A stretch of DNA of 64,000 bases from Octopus sinensis. Lineage: Eukaryota. The notes under the pieces were generated by a model. That model did not search any database and was not told the DNA's origin. It saw only the letters and a list, made by a program, of their open reading frames with translations. The stretch is taken from contig NC_043001.1 in NCBI RefSeq assembly GCF_006345805.1, positions 5,642,001-5,706,000 of the forward strand, read 5' to 3'. This document shows positions 52,460 through 64,000 of this stretch, one piece after another; positions within the stretch are counted from its first letter, which is position 1, and each line of letters starts with the position of its first letter. Both the position numbers and the translations under genes were made by a program.

Positions 52460-53690
52460 ATCTCGTAAGATGGTTTTGAGAAACGGATCAGTGGCCATCC
52501 ATGAGATAGCTTCGCCTCTACAAATTACTGATGCTTCTCAGCACGACAAAGTTCGCTTCCGTGAAGTGTATCCGGGAATGGTACCAAGAAATATTAGTGA
52601 AGTGCATAAGAGCAATTCTGTGGAGGTTTGTGAAAGCGTACTCGACAGCTACAACCGTGAAGCCGAAACTATTTTGCAGTGATTAGTCTCAAGAGATGAG
52701 ACGGTAGTTGAGCACTTTGAACCAGAATGCAAAAGGTGGACTAAGGAATGGAAGAACCCGGAATCTACAACGAAAATTAAACTAAAGTCTCAAACTTCCG
52801 CACGAAAAAGTGATGCTGACTATTTTGGGGGCCACTAATTGTCCTGTATTGGAAAAGTACTTGGAAAGAGGGTGTAGCGTCATCAGTGTAGTCTACAGAG
52901 AAATGTTCGCCTACAAACTCAAGCCACAATTCTATATTTAAAAGAGGAATTATGTACATTGTTTGCATTATTTACATTTGACGGATATTTGTCCTCATCT
53001 AGTTTGATGTTAACACAACGTTTCCGCTGATATACCCTCCAGCCTTGATCAGGTGTCTTGGGGAAATTTCGAACCTAGGTTCTCTTTCCTAAGTTATTTT
53101 TCTGTTATTATTATTATTGTTATTATTATTATTATTATTATTATATTATTATTATTATTATTATCATCATCATCATCATCATTATAACATCCTAAAATAC
53201 CTTAGGAATGAGAACCCAGGATCAAAATTTCCCCAAGACACCTGATGAAGCCTGGAGGTTATATCACTCAAAATGTAGACTTATCAACAAACAAGATGAG
53301 GGCAAATATCCGTCAAATTTAAATAATGTAAATAATGTAAATAATAAACTGTGACTAGTAACTCAAGGCAAAGTCTTTTGCCAAACCAAATGTTATTTTT
53401 GAGCAAATTTCCCACCTGCATACAACCGCACATCCCGAAGACAGCCTTGGCGAACTGGGATTATAATTGTAAGAATATCCTACATACAATCCAGATCTCA
53501 TTCCACTATTAATGTCTCCGACCTCTCAAATCTGAACCTTGAGGTCTTCGGTTTGCTGCAAACGAAGAAGTGCAGGAGGGGGTGCATAAATAGGTGTGGC
53601 ACCGACTGGACAACTTCTTATTTGGAACAAGCACGTTTCTAAACTGCTGCAATATTGCATCAAATAGGTAAGTCCATGTAAAAATAGATG
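52460..53690 (+). mobile_element. Decayed mariner transposase remnant interrupted at ~52930-53345
   Basis: FREVYPGMVPR (ARWVPR-like), SRDETVVEHFEPECKR (TGDETW..YEPESKR-like), VMLT; after the insertion HTTAH..YPTYNPDL (HPPYSPDL-like). Confidence 0.8.
52930..53345. mobile_element. Head-to-head pair of F2 hammerhead elements around an (ATT)n/(ATC)n tract
   Basis: 52930-53106 on minus and 53185-53345 on plus are mutually inverted and homologous to 41449-41628. Confidence 0.88.
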
Positions 53691-53899
53691 ATGGAATTGT
53701 TCTACTCCTGCTTTTGTTTTAATGAATTACCGAAAAACGACAAGATGTGTTTGTGTATGTGTGTATCGGTGTGAGTGTGTATGTGTATGTGTGTGAGTGT
53801 ATGCCAATAATGCCTATAAGAAAGGAATTTTGAATTAAAGAGTGAAGATTCCATCTGATTTCGTAGACGTACATTTCAATATTTAGAAGAACTGGTCTG

Positions 53900-54850
53900 A
53901 GGCGTGTGTTGAGAGATAAAAGGAAAAACAATCATGCATTTTGTGCGATTCCAGGCATTGAATAACTGAGAAAACAGTTAAATACAATTTAGTTTCTTTC
54001 GAAGAATCTGTGTCAGTGACTAAATTCGAGTCATGCAAAGAAAAGGCTTGACAACTCATAAGAATTTAAAATGTTGTTTTTATTGACTGTCAATAATGGT
54101 TCTTCCAGTATGTAACACGGATATTTTGCTGCGCACAGAACTGCTAACAATGAAGACTTATTTAATCGCTCCAATTATACGCGAAATATTTCCGATTGCT
54201 TCAATTCCAATTCTTGCAAAATAACTTCTGATTCGTTTTGCAAATAATTTTGTTCCTTTTGTTATTCGGCTAAAATTTTCCTCCACGGAAATGCCAATGA
54301 TGGAATGTTTCTCAATTTTCATAAATCAGACATTTTGTTCAATATCTGTGAGAAAGAATGTTTACCTTTTATAATTGTGTTGCACTTCTTTCACAATGGC
54401 AGCGTGATATTTGATAGTGATACTGTCACTATTTGCACAAGTGTCACACGTCCATATATCTCTTATAAGTTATCGGACTCTCTTGCCTCTATGCTAAGCT
54501 CTCTGGCAAACTAAATGTGCGATCCATGTTGCAACTGTCATTTCCTATCGTTAATGCACTACCAACGTCCTGAACATCATAAATTATATTCCTGCATTCA
54601 AGGAAGTCAGTAACTGCTGCAATTCATTCAGTGTCGGTTATCCTATTAATGAAATGTTAGCAATTGAATGTATTTATCGCAATTCTGCGTGAGATACAAA
54701 TATATTTATCCTTTCATTTTCCTATCGTAGTTGCCATATTGATTTACCCGACAGAAATAAATCAAGGGTCCGTTAAACTAAGTCGTCAACTTCCGAAGTA
54801 AAATGCGTTTCTCGAGGCAATCATATATGTGTGATCAAATGACTCAACAA
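53900..54850 (-). pseudogene. Possible very old hAT/Charlie transposase remnant
   Basis: Only weak broken motifs (WIAHLVCQRA resembling HCxIHREAL; EIF..RLNKS). Confidence 0.25.
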
Positions 54851-55438
54851 CAACAGATCCACAAACTCATGGGAGGGTCTTCTAAAGGGTGGCTAGACCT
54901 ACCTGAAATAGCAGGCACAAGATTTTCGAATCGCTCTCTTTGATTGCATACTGTGCTGATAAAATTCCTTTGGCGTGTCTCTATGGTAAGAAGTTTGCTT
55001 CCAGCCACCCGGCACCGGGTTCAGTCTCATTGTGTGACAAAGTGTCGTCTATTATAGCCTCAGGCCTTCCAAAACCTTTTATAGTTGCATCTAGTTGTCA
55101 GAAACTGAAAAAGCCCACAGTAAATACATATGCACTTGCATATGTATATGTGTGTGTGTGTGTGTGTGTGTATTGGATTAAAATCCGCCCTATCGAGGGA
55201 CTTTTGAGCTAGCTCCGGTGAAGGGCTCTTCATTGGACCTTCAGCTCAATAATGATACTTTATGCATTGAGTACATATTAAATTTTATTAAACTTGACCA
55301 ATATTTTTCAAGCAATGAACAATTCTCTTCAAAACAATAATATGATATGTCGACTTGGAACTTATTGCAAAGCTTCATAATAAACATTTTTTGTCTTCTC
55401 ATTCGGGGGTCAGTACAATTTTTGCCGTCTGACCTCTT

Positions 55439-55513
<75 letters not shown>

Positions 55514-55780
55514 TGATTGTTTTCAACCATCACCATCACCAGTACTACAACCATCGCCACCGCAACTGTTCTACACACCGTTTAAACTTCTGAAGCTACC
55601 ACCATCAACACCTTTGACCTCGCCGCCTTCCCCCCGGCGCCATTACCACTGCCTTTCACTACTTACTATTACGGTCATGCTTGACTGCCTCATCTACCAC
55701 CACAAACACCACCACCAACATCGTCACTGTCGCCTCCACCTAAATAACAACACATCTCATACTACTACTATCACCCCATT

Positions 55781-56012
55781 ACCTATTTCTTTACTACTCG
55801 CAAGGGGCTAAACACAGAGAGGCAAAACAAGGACAGACAAACGGATTAAGTCGAATACAAGACCCCAGTGCGTAACTGGTACTTATTTAATCGACCCCGA
55901 AAGGATGAAAGGCAAAGTCGACCTCGGCGGAATTCGAACTCAGAACGTAGCGGCAGATGAAATACCACTAAGCATTTCGCCCGAGATGCTAAAGTTTCTG
56001 CCAGCTCCGTCT
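55781..56012 (-). mobile_element. SINE family A monomer, Tx1-type tail
   Basis: Close match to 34511-34740. Confidence 0.9.
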
Positions 56013-56295
56013 CAACTGTCACTCTACTACCGCCCTCATCGTATATCTGCGTACAATTACTCTCACCGCAGTAAGAGTAATAGAAGTGTCCTTTAAGTGT
56101 GAAAGAGGGGGATAAAAGTTTGACACATTGACACACAGAGATTCGTTTTGATATTTATTATAATCCTCCACCTCCTCCCCTCATCATCATCATCATCATC
56201 ATTATCATCGTCGTCGTCGTTGTTGTTGTTATATATACAGGGTGTTTCCAAAAATTTTAGACCATTTGAGATGTAAATATCACAGAAACTACAAA

Positions 56296-56825
56296 GGCGT
56301 AGGAGTGGCTATGTTGTAAGTAGCTTGCTTACTAACCACATGGTTTCGGGTTCAGTACCACTGCGTGGCATCTTGGGCAAGTGTTTTCTGCTATAGCACC
56401 GGGAGTGGATTTGGTAGATGGAAACTGAAGCCCGTCGTATATATCTCTCTCTATATAAACGGCAGTTTGTCTGTGCGTTTTCTGTGTGTCTGTTTTCTCG
56501 TACCCTCACTCTGACCACGGCTTTCAACCGATTCTGATGAAACTTGACACACACATAGCCCAATGTCATAATTCAAAACTAACGCAGCGAAAATTTTGAA
56601 AAGTTCCCCCAGTTCTGAAAAAAATCGATAAATTCGACATGGGGTCGAGAATCAGAAACCCAAACCACAGACCGTCTAGGGGACGCAACTCCACCTTTTT
56701 TAACTCTCAAAAAAAATTTACCATCATTTTTTTCCATTTTTTTGCTATTTTTGGGCTATAACTCTCTAAAAATGCTTTATAGTTATTTCCCTTACAAACC
56801 TGAGCAACGCCGGGCGATACTGCTA

Positions 56826-56869
<44 letters not shown>

Positions 56870-57021
56870 ATATATGTGTGTGTGTGTGTGTGCGGTGTGT
56901 GTTTGTGTGTCTCTGTTTGTCCCCCTAGCATTGCTTGACAACCGATGCTGGTGTGTTTATATCTCCGTTACTTAACAGTTCGGCAAAAGAGACCGATAGA
57001 ATAAGTACTGGGCTTACAAAA

Positions 57022-57025
<4 letters not shown>
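56296..57025 (+). mobile_element. SINE family B copy interrupted by a Helitron, 3' tail missing
   Basis: Head GGCGTAGGAGTGGCT at 56296. Body resumes after 56826. Confidence 0.88.
56444..56826 (+). mobile_element. Non-autonomous Helitron
   Basis: Starts TC after A, ends CTAG before T. Subterminal hairpin CC(T)GAGCAACGCCGGG. Internal TTCAACCGATTCTGATGAAACTTG block typical of short Helitrons. No TSD. Confidence 0.85.
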
Positions 57026-57087
<62 letters not shown>

Positions 57088-57599
57088 CGTGTGTGTTTGT
57101 GTGTCTGTGTTTGTCCCCCTAGCATGTGCCAAACTGACATTGGAAGAATCTGGGTTTCCAGGCTTGTTGTTCTTATGGACATCTTGGAGCTTCGCAAGAG
57201 TTTTTGGCGAACCCGCTCGAGAGTCTCTTTCGATGTTAGTGGTCGGCCAGATCCGTTTGCCCTGCACAAACAGCCTTCTTCATTAAATTTTTGTGCGGTG
57301 TCTAAATATGCATTGCCGTTGGTGACTATTTAGAGAATTCTGTCACAAATGCACACTGCACAGTCTTGTTCGATTGTGTTCGAGCATACGCCAACACACA
57401 AAACACCTTTTCTGTTCCAGTGAATGACAATTTTATATCTGAAAGGATAAACATATCAAATATTGAACGTACACTTTTGACCTGCTTCTACACGTGCTGT
57501 TCAAATTTGAAGTCATTTGAACAAGAACTGGCAAAGTTATTAGGTTGCGAAATGATATCAATTTTTTTTTCGAAACACCGTGTATATATGTGTGTGTGC

Positions 57600-57632
<33 letters not shown>

Positions 57633-57634
<2 letters not shown>

Positions 57635-58054
57635 CGCAGGAGAGGCTATGTGGTAAGTAGCTTGTTTACCAACCACATGGTTCCGAGTTCAGTCCCACTG
57701 CCTGGCACCTTGGGCAGATGTCTTCTACTTTAGCCACGGGCCGATCAATGCCTTTTGAGTGGAGTTGGTAGATGGAAACTGAAAGAAGCCCGTCGTATAT
57801 ATGTATATATATATATGTGTGTGTGTGCGTGTGTGTTTGTGTGTCTGTATTTGTCCCCCTAGCATTGCTTGACAACCGATGCTGGTGTGTTTATATCTCC
57901 GTTACTTAGCAGTTCGGCAAAAGAGACCGATAGAATAAGTACTGGGCTTACAAAAGAATAAGTCCTGGGGTCGAGTTGCTCGATTAAAGGCGGTGCTCCA
58001 GCATGGCCGCAGTCAAATGACTGAAAGAAGTAAAAGAGTAAAAGAGTAAAAGAG
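57633..58054 (+). mobile_element. Full-length SINE family B (tRNA head, GGCACCTTGGGCA Meta-like core, internal (TA)/(TG) linker, LINE-derived tail, (GTAAAAGA)n end)
   Basis: Box A/B present. Tail shared with the CR1-group LINE at 20284-20318. Octopus SINE families OK/OR1/OR2 are known, but I cannot assign A, B or C to them without alignment. Confidence 0.93.
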
Positions 58055-59388
58055 ATATGCATGCGTTCCTACATATGTGTTTGTTTGTTTGTGTCTGTGT
58101 TTGTTCCACCGCCACCGCAACCACCTGACAAAGAGCGATGATGTGTTCATTTAATGTAGAGGTTCGGCAATGAAAATGCATCGCGAAATTATTGAAGAAA
58201 AGAAAAAAATAGTATCTTACCTAAGTACAACATTGTTTGCTTGTTTCTAGAAACGACTGTTGTTATGATTGTGCCGAAAATTTGTATGTAAACACGGTTA
58301 ATCCAATATGGAAAACGGTGGAAGAACCGTCTGGGTGAGTTCATTGTGACAATAATTGAGACACAATAACGTGTTGGGAAGGAGAGACAGAGAGAGAGTA
58401 AGAGTAAGAGAGAGAGACAGGGAAAGAGACACGGCTAGATGTCGACATTGTAAGATAGATAGAAAGAAGGGGGAAAAGTGAAGGACAGAGAGAGAGAGAG
58501 AGACGGATGTTAAGTGGTGATGCTATTAACCTATAATAATTTCTTAGTATTATATTTTTTTTTAAAAAGCGGTGGGTGTGGGTTGTGGGTGGAATGCGAT
58601 TGAAACATAAAGGAGAATAAAGTGTGTGGGGGACATTAAAGAATCAGAACAAAGGAATTGTTCCATAAAAGACACACTTGCCCATTACGATTTATTCCCC
58701 CGCACAAACTACGGGGGTGTATACAATTATACACATAGATTACGAGAGACGTAATATATAAAAAATTAGAATGCATAGAAAGACATTCACTAAAAGAACA
58801 GAACCTGAGGAGCTGGTTTAAAGAATTTCTTTCTGAGGGAAATGCTTCTATTGCATTGAATATTAATAGGTAACAATTAGTTTCCCGATATACATTCAAT
58901 GATTATGCAAAACATAACAAATTTGCTATGACTGTTTGTCAGGAAGAAAGACAAGTCTAGACTGTCAGCTTCCGAACTTATAGAAATCTATTGTTTATGA
59001 GATAATACATAAATATAAATATACATATACATATATATATATACATACAAAAACATATACATACATACATATATATATGTATATATATATGTATATATAT
59101 ATGTATGTATATATATAATTATATATCTGGTTCTTCCTTCTTATATATAATCTTTGGCTTTCTTTTACAGTAACAATGCGATTCTGCAGTTTTTACTCAA
59201 CCATTGACTGAACACAGATGCATTTTGATTTCTGTTTAGTTGAACAGGTAGAAAATTATCGGGTACTTTGTAACTTCAAGCGAATTATGTCAATAGCGAC
59301 CAGGTATATCTATCGTAACTAAGATCGGATCTCAAGAATATCAGTTTAGCATCTTTCCAAAGTGTTGAGACAGGATATATACAGTTTC

Positions 59389-59507
59389 GCTTACGGCCAT
59401 ATCACGTTGAAAGCACCGGTTCTCGTCCGATCACCGAAGTTAAGCAACCTGGAGCGTAGTTAGTACTTAGGTGGGTGAGCGCTTGGGAAACGTAGGTACT
59501 GTAAGCG
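59389..59507 (+). rRNA. Dispersed 5S rRNA copy, probably a pseudogene
   Basis: GCTTACGGCCATATCACGTTGAAAGCACCGGTTCTCGTCCGATCACCGAAGTTAAGCAAC..GTAAGC, ~119 nt. Box C region altered (TAGGTGGGTGAGC), no T4 terminator, single copy. Confidence 0.9.
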
Positions 59508-59514
59508 TTACACA

Positions 59515-59912
59515 TTTGTAGGTGTAGATAAAAAGCTTGCTTACGAACCACACGGTTCCATGCTCAGTCCCACTATGTACATAGGACAAGTATCTTCTAC
59601 TATAGTCTGGGGCGGGGCAAAGCTTTATGAGTGGATTTGGTAGACGGAAACTGAAAGAATCTCGTCGTATATATGTACATGTATATATATGTATGTGTAT
59701 GTGTATGTTTATGTTTGTGTGTCTGTGTTTGTCCCCCCCCCAATATCACTTGACAACCGATGCTGGTGTGCTTACGTTCCCGTAACTTAGCGGTTCGGCA
59801 AAAGAACTGATATAATAAGGAATGCTCTGAGGTCGATTTGTTCGACTAAAGCCGGTGTTCCAGCATGGCCTTAGTCAAATGATTAAAACGAATTAAAGAA
59901 TAAAAGAAAATA
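59515..59912 (+). mobile_element. SINE family B, diverged copy directly downstream of the 5S copy
   Basis: GAGTGGATTTGGTAGACGGAAACTGAAAGAA..CGGTTCGGCAAAAGA..CCAGCATGGCC. Confidence 0.85.
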
Positions 59913-60744
59913 CAATGTGACACGTATTCATAAGTACCCTCTATATCGAATGGTAGGGAGCCAGAAGAATCTTTATTAAATCAAATACGTATCATAATTC
60001 CAGCGAGCTACTTTCTTTCTCTGTGCAAAATGAATAGATTCACAATTCTATTTAAACAGTGGAGATTTTTTTTTCTTTATATTTCCAGCGCGAGATTCAG
60101 TTTTCTGCAAGTTTGTGCGGTCGAAATGAGGCAAATATTTTGCCTTTCAACGGTTGCATGTAACGACGTCGTCAGGAGAATATCAAACGATGAAATTATG
60201 TTCTTTAATATTTCAGACATGTTCAACGTTTCACCCATCAATCGAATCTTATCAGCCACCCGTTAATTGTTACTCTTTTCATCTTTCATGTTTCGCAATT
60301 AATCAGCATTTTCTCTTGCATCGATGAGGGCTGAGTGTTTCTGTCGGTTTTACAATTATTTTAAAGCATTATTTAGATACAATTATTAGCCTGACTAAAA
60401 TATAACGATTATATCTCAATATGGCAAAACACATTTCACTGGAAGAATTTATTTGTTTCTTTCGGAATGTTTATTCTTTGGAAGACGTGTCTCTCTGGTA
60501 CCTAAATGTAAATACATATGTAAAAGAGAATAAAAATTGAAATGCAATGTCTCACCTAAAGACCCGTTAGTAATATTTAGGACCGATATTCATTGCAAAA
60601 ATATCCCTAGAAAAGTCTACTACCACATATCGATATATTATCTCCTGTGATAACTTATCGGTTTGTAACTGAAATTTATTTGACGGGCTTCTCTCGTATA
60701 TCCACCACCAGTTATCTCTGGCACTTGTTTCTAGCTTTCCTATA

Positions 60745-60855
60745 CTCTTTTACTCATTTACTTGCTTCAGTGATTTTGACTGTGGCCATGCTGGAGCACC
60801 GCCTTTAGTCGAGCAAATCGACCCCAGGACTTATTCTTTGTAAGCCTAGTACTTA
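60745..60855 (-). mobile_element. SINE family B 3' fragment
   Basis: GACTGTGGCCATGCTGGAGCACCGCCTTTAGTCGAGC..CCAGGACTTATTCTTTGTAAGCC. Confidence 0.85.
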
Positions 60856-62329
60856 TATATTTATTTATTCATTCATTTAATTTTTGTTCTTTTTGCGTTT
60901 TCAAATGGAATTCCTCGGAAGCTTGCACTTAGACATACAACTCGGTTGCAGCGCCGCGAATATCATTCCTATTCATGCGACTGAAATTAGGCTGAAAAAC
61001 TCAACTCAGAACGCAAATTGCCAACGCAGAGTTATTTCCCTAACGTCTAACTGTTGAATATCTTATCTCTGATACTCTAACAACTAAACACGCTCAAATA
61101 TTTCGGTGAGCATTTCATATACTGACTACGCCAAAAATAAGACTGAAAGTTTACCTCACTGGAATTTGAACTTAGTTCTTAGGTATCAATAATAAATAAC
61201 AGAGAATATATTTTTTTCTTTTTTGTTTACCTTTCTGTTCTTAAGACTTCAGCAACTACCCACCTCTAATAAATCTCAACTTACCTCTTGTTGTTTTATC
61301 TTGTGGTGTTCAATAAATCTGACGGGAAATACAAGTTCCTTCGACATACCACAACTTATTTTTCCATTTACACAATACTTTCGTTTCACAGTAGTTTTGA
61401 TTCTAGGCGAGACTGGCGGAGATCTTGTCCAAAGCAGATGCCAACGCCTTCGCTAAAGACACACGATCAAACAAAACCTCAGCCCAGAGACTGGTCTTTT
61501 AAACATTCAGTAAGAGATATCACACGAAGATTTCCTGGTGAGACATGACGATTGAACCTCTAGGCTGCAACACTAAACGCAATAAAATTCTTACACTTCT
61601 AAGGGAAAATTTCATTATTTAAATCAAAGATATCATTTGCTTTTAGTCGCATTTGAAACTTCACTAAGTTTATATTTAATTTATAAAGAAGTGAATGTTA
61701 AGAAATACATTTCCCTGTCTTACGAATCAGTGGAATATTTATTTTCCTTTGCTTAATGTGAAGGTTAGATGTTCTGTTACAGTAGACTTGCTATTGTCAT
61801 GTGTCTGAAGAAGACATAATCTGAAAGACAAACACGATTAAATTAGTTATTTAAATATTTCATCAAAGAGACATTTTAATTATTAATTATAAAATAAATA
61901 ATTATTAATTAACTGATTATGAAAAGTGTTTATAATAAAACAATAAAATCAAATCGAAAATATATGCATTAAAATCAAACGAAACCAGACTATTAAATGG
62001 TTCAATTAATATGCTAATATACATATTTACAAATCAAGATAGTGTGAGTCATAACGTTGGTATTTTGGTTAATAATCATTTTATGTCCGTTGGCGACATC
62101 GACACACGTGATCGCTTTCGAGTGAGAGTTAAGTTACATATAAATCCAACAAACGAGAGCAAGTGCAAGGCAACGTGCGAATAATTGCTGTTGCAACCGT
62201 TATTGGTGGCGCTGCTGTTGTTTTAGTTGCTAGGCAACCTATATCCACACGACGATAAGACTTTAAAAAAATATACCATCACTAGTTGAAGCATTTCTTT
62301 TCAAGTGTATGTTTGTTTGACTATGCATG

Positions 62330-62391
<62 letters not shown>

Positions 62392-62448
62392 TTTGTGTAT
62401 GGAAGTACACACACACATATATATATATATATAATATAATATATATAT

Positions 62449-62503
<55 letters not shown>

Positions 62504-63758
62504 ACATACATATATACATATAGAGTTGGATTTTTGCAAAAAAAGACGAAGACGTGTGTAAATAACAAACAGGTGTATTAGCTTAACACTCAGGAAGGTG
62601 AGAAAGTATTTTTACGTATCGAGTATACATGTATGAATATATATTCATATATATGTGTGTTGGTGTGTGTGTGTGTGGGTGTATAGTATAACACAAAATA
62701 CCACACTCTTACCCACGCTGGTATACAATCATTCATGTATAACGTTTAAGGGTAAAGTCTTGATTAGGGCACTAATGAGAATTGGTTTGGACCTAGAAAG
62801 TTCTCCTCTGTGGCACAAGTCCAGGGTAGGTTGTTTGTGGAAGACCAGTTGTTGGCCATACATGTACGCACACACACAATATTCTACTTTCAGTTCTCAT
62901 ATACCAAATCAAGTGTGTGCTTATGTTTGTGTGTAGGCGTGTATGTGTGTGTGTATTTGTGTGCGTGTGTGTCCGTGTGTATATGTGTGTATGGTTTGTG
63001 TTTCTATCTTGCGAGACCCAGTTAACCCGAGGACTGAAGCATTTAATTTCGGTATATTCTCTCCAGAATACTTGTATTTTAATATGAGCGAGAAGTAGAT
63101 AATATCAAGGAATATTTTGTCCAGCACTGTAAGAATCTAACAGATATAAACAATTTATTATTCAACTCTATATTCAACGTGTGGGTCAAATAAAACAGCG
63201 TCAGAATGTGAAAGGATATTATTAAGTTTCCATGGCTTCTCTACGTAGATACCCGAATGAGGACCCTCAACGGATTCCAATTATTTTTTGTGGACATACG
63301 ATTGGAATGATATTCTAGTGTTTTCTATTAACCTCCTCATTTTCCCATTTCCTATCATATAACAGGCTTCAATATGTTTGTGTTTTACAATATAATGATG
63401 TGATATTGAATATGATGACACTTCTCACTGACTGTGGTTTCTTCATAAAACACCATAAATGTTTTCGCTCTGAGGTACAACTGCAGAGTTAAAGTGAAAT
63501 AGTTACATCTATATAGGTAGTTACCGGAAAATGAAGAATGTTATAAAATATGTATTACATAACAATCATCATTTGATACAAATCCATACAAAATTGAAAT
63601 GTTTCTATCTACACATATATACTCGACAAAACACGCACACACACTAACGCCACAGACATAAACATCCACACAGATATATGTATATATATGTATATATATA
63701 TATATATTTACACACATATATATATATATGCATATATCTATATATGCATATACATACT

Positions 63759-63849
<91 letters not shown>

Positions 63850-64000
63850 TATGCATATATGCATATATATATATAAATGAATATATAGGTATAGGACGTC
63901 ACCAAAAATAAGCGTGTCTGTCAAAGTTGTGCCAAAACTGCTTTCACCTGTCTCAAAGGACATACGAGTTGCAGTTGCTCATCTCTTTGATTGTGTCGAG

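Larger units (their letters stand above)
56238..57582 (-). mobile_element. Internally deleted Tc1/mariner-superfamily element with TIRs, hosting nested insertions
   Basis: TIRs CAGGGTGTTTCCAAAAA / CACGGTGTTTCGAAAAA (15/17), TA on both flanks. Transposase N-terminus at 57126-57432: EKVFCVLAYARTQS..GSGRPLTSKETLERVRQKLLRS. Confidence 0.8.

Noticed and set aside
60077-60259. BH3-like string VADKIRLMGETLN
   Set aside because: Lacks the conserved Leu and Asp, has an in-frame stop just upstream and no splice acceptor. A short chance match is likely.
62545-62625. Possible truncated relative of the 2232-2405 Penelope terminus
   Set aside because: Only a weak partial match (CTCAGGAA..TTTTACGTATCGAG), cut by microsatellite before any core. 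Not counted.

Overview
AT-rich, microsatellite-saturated eukaryotic DNA, most likely octopus/cephalopod (inferred from the 5S rRNA copy and the SINE families; not verified by search). I find no supportable host protein-coding gene. Most long ORFs are translations of (CA)n, (TA)n or (AAT)n tracts, and the real coding signal comes from decayed mobile elements: a Tx1/L1-clade LINE, CR1-group LINEs, R4/Dong LINEs in (TAA)n, Penelope-like elements (RT + GIY-YIG), a hAT, a mariner, a Tc1/mariner-like element and a non-autonomous Helitron. There are also three tRNA-derived SINE families and one 5S rRNA copy. The main signal not explained by the ORF track is at RNA level. At least four unrelated families of minimal type I hammerhead ribozyme motifs (7 copies; the one at 47548-47611 has an intact core) lie in short microsatellite-anchored, often fold-back, Penelope-type terminal repeats. 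Two SINE families share 3' tails with two different LINEs in the same window, one a Tx1-clade element and one showing a covarying terminal stem-loop. Coordinates were read by hand and may be off by a few bases.
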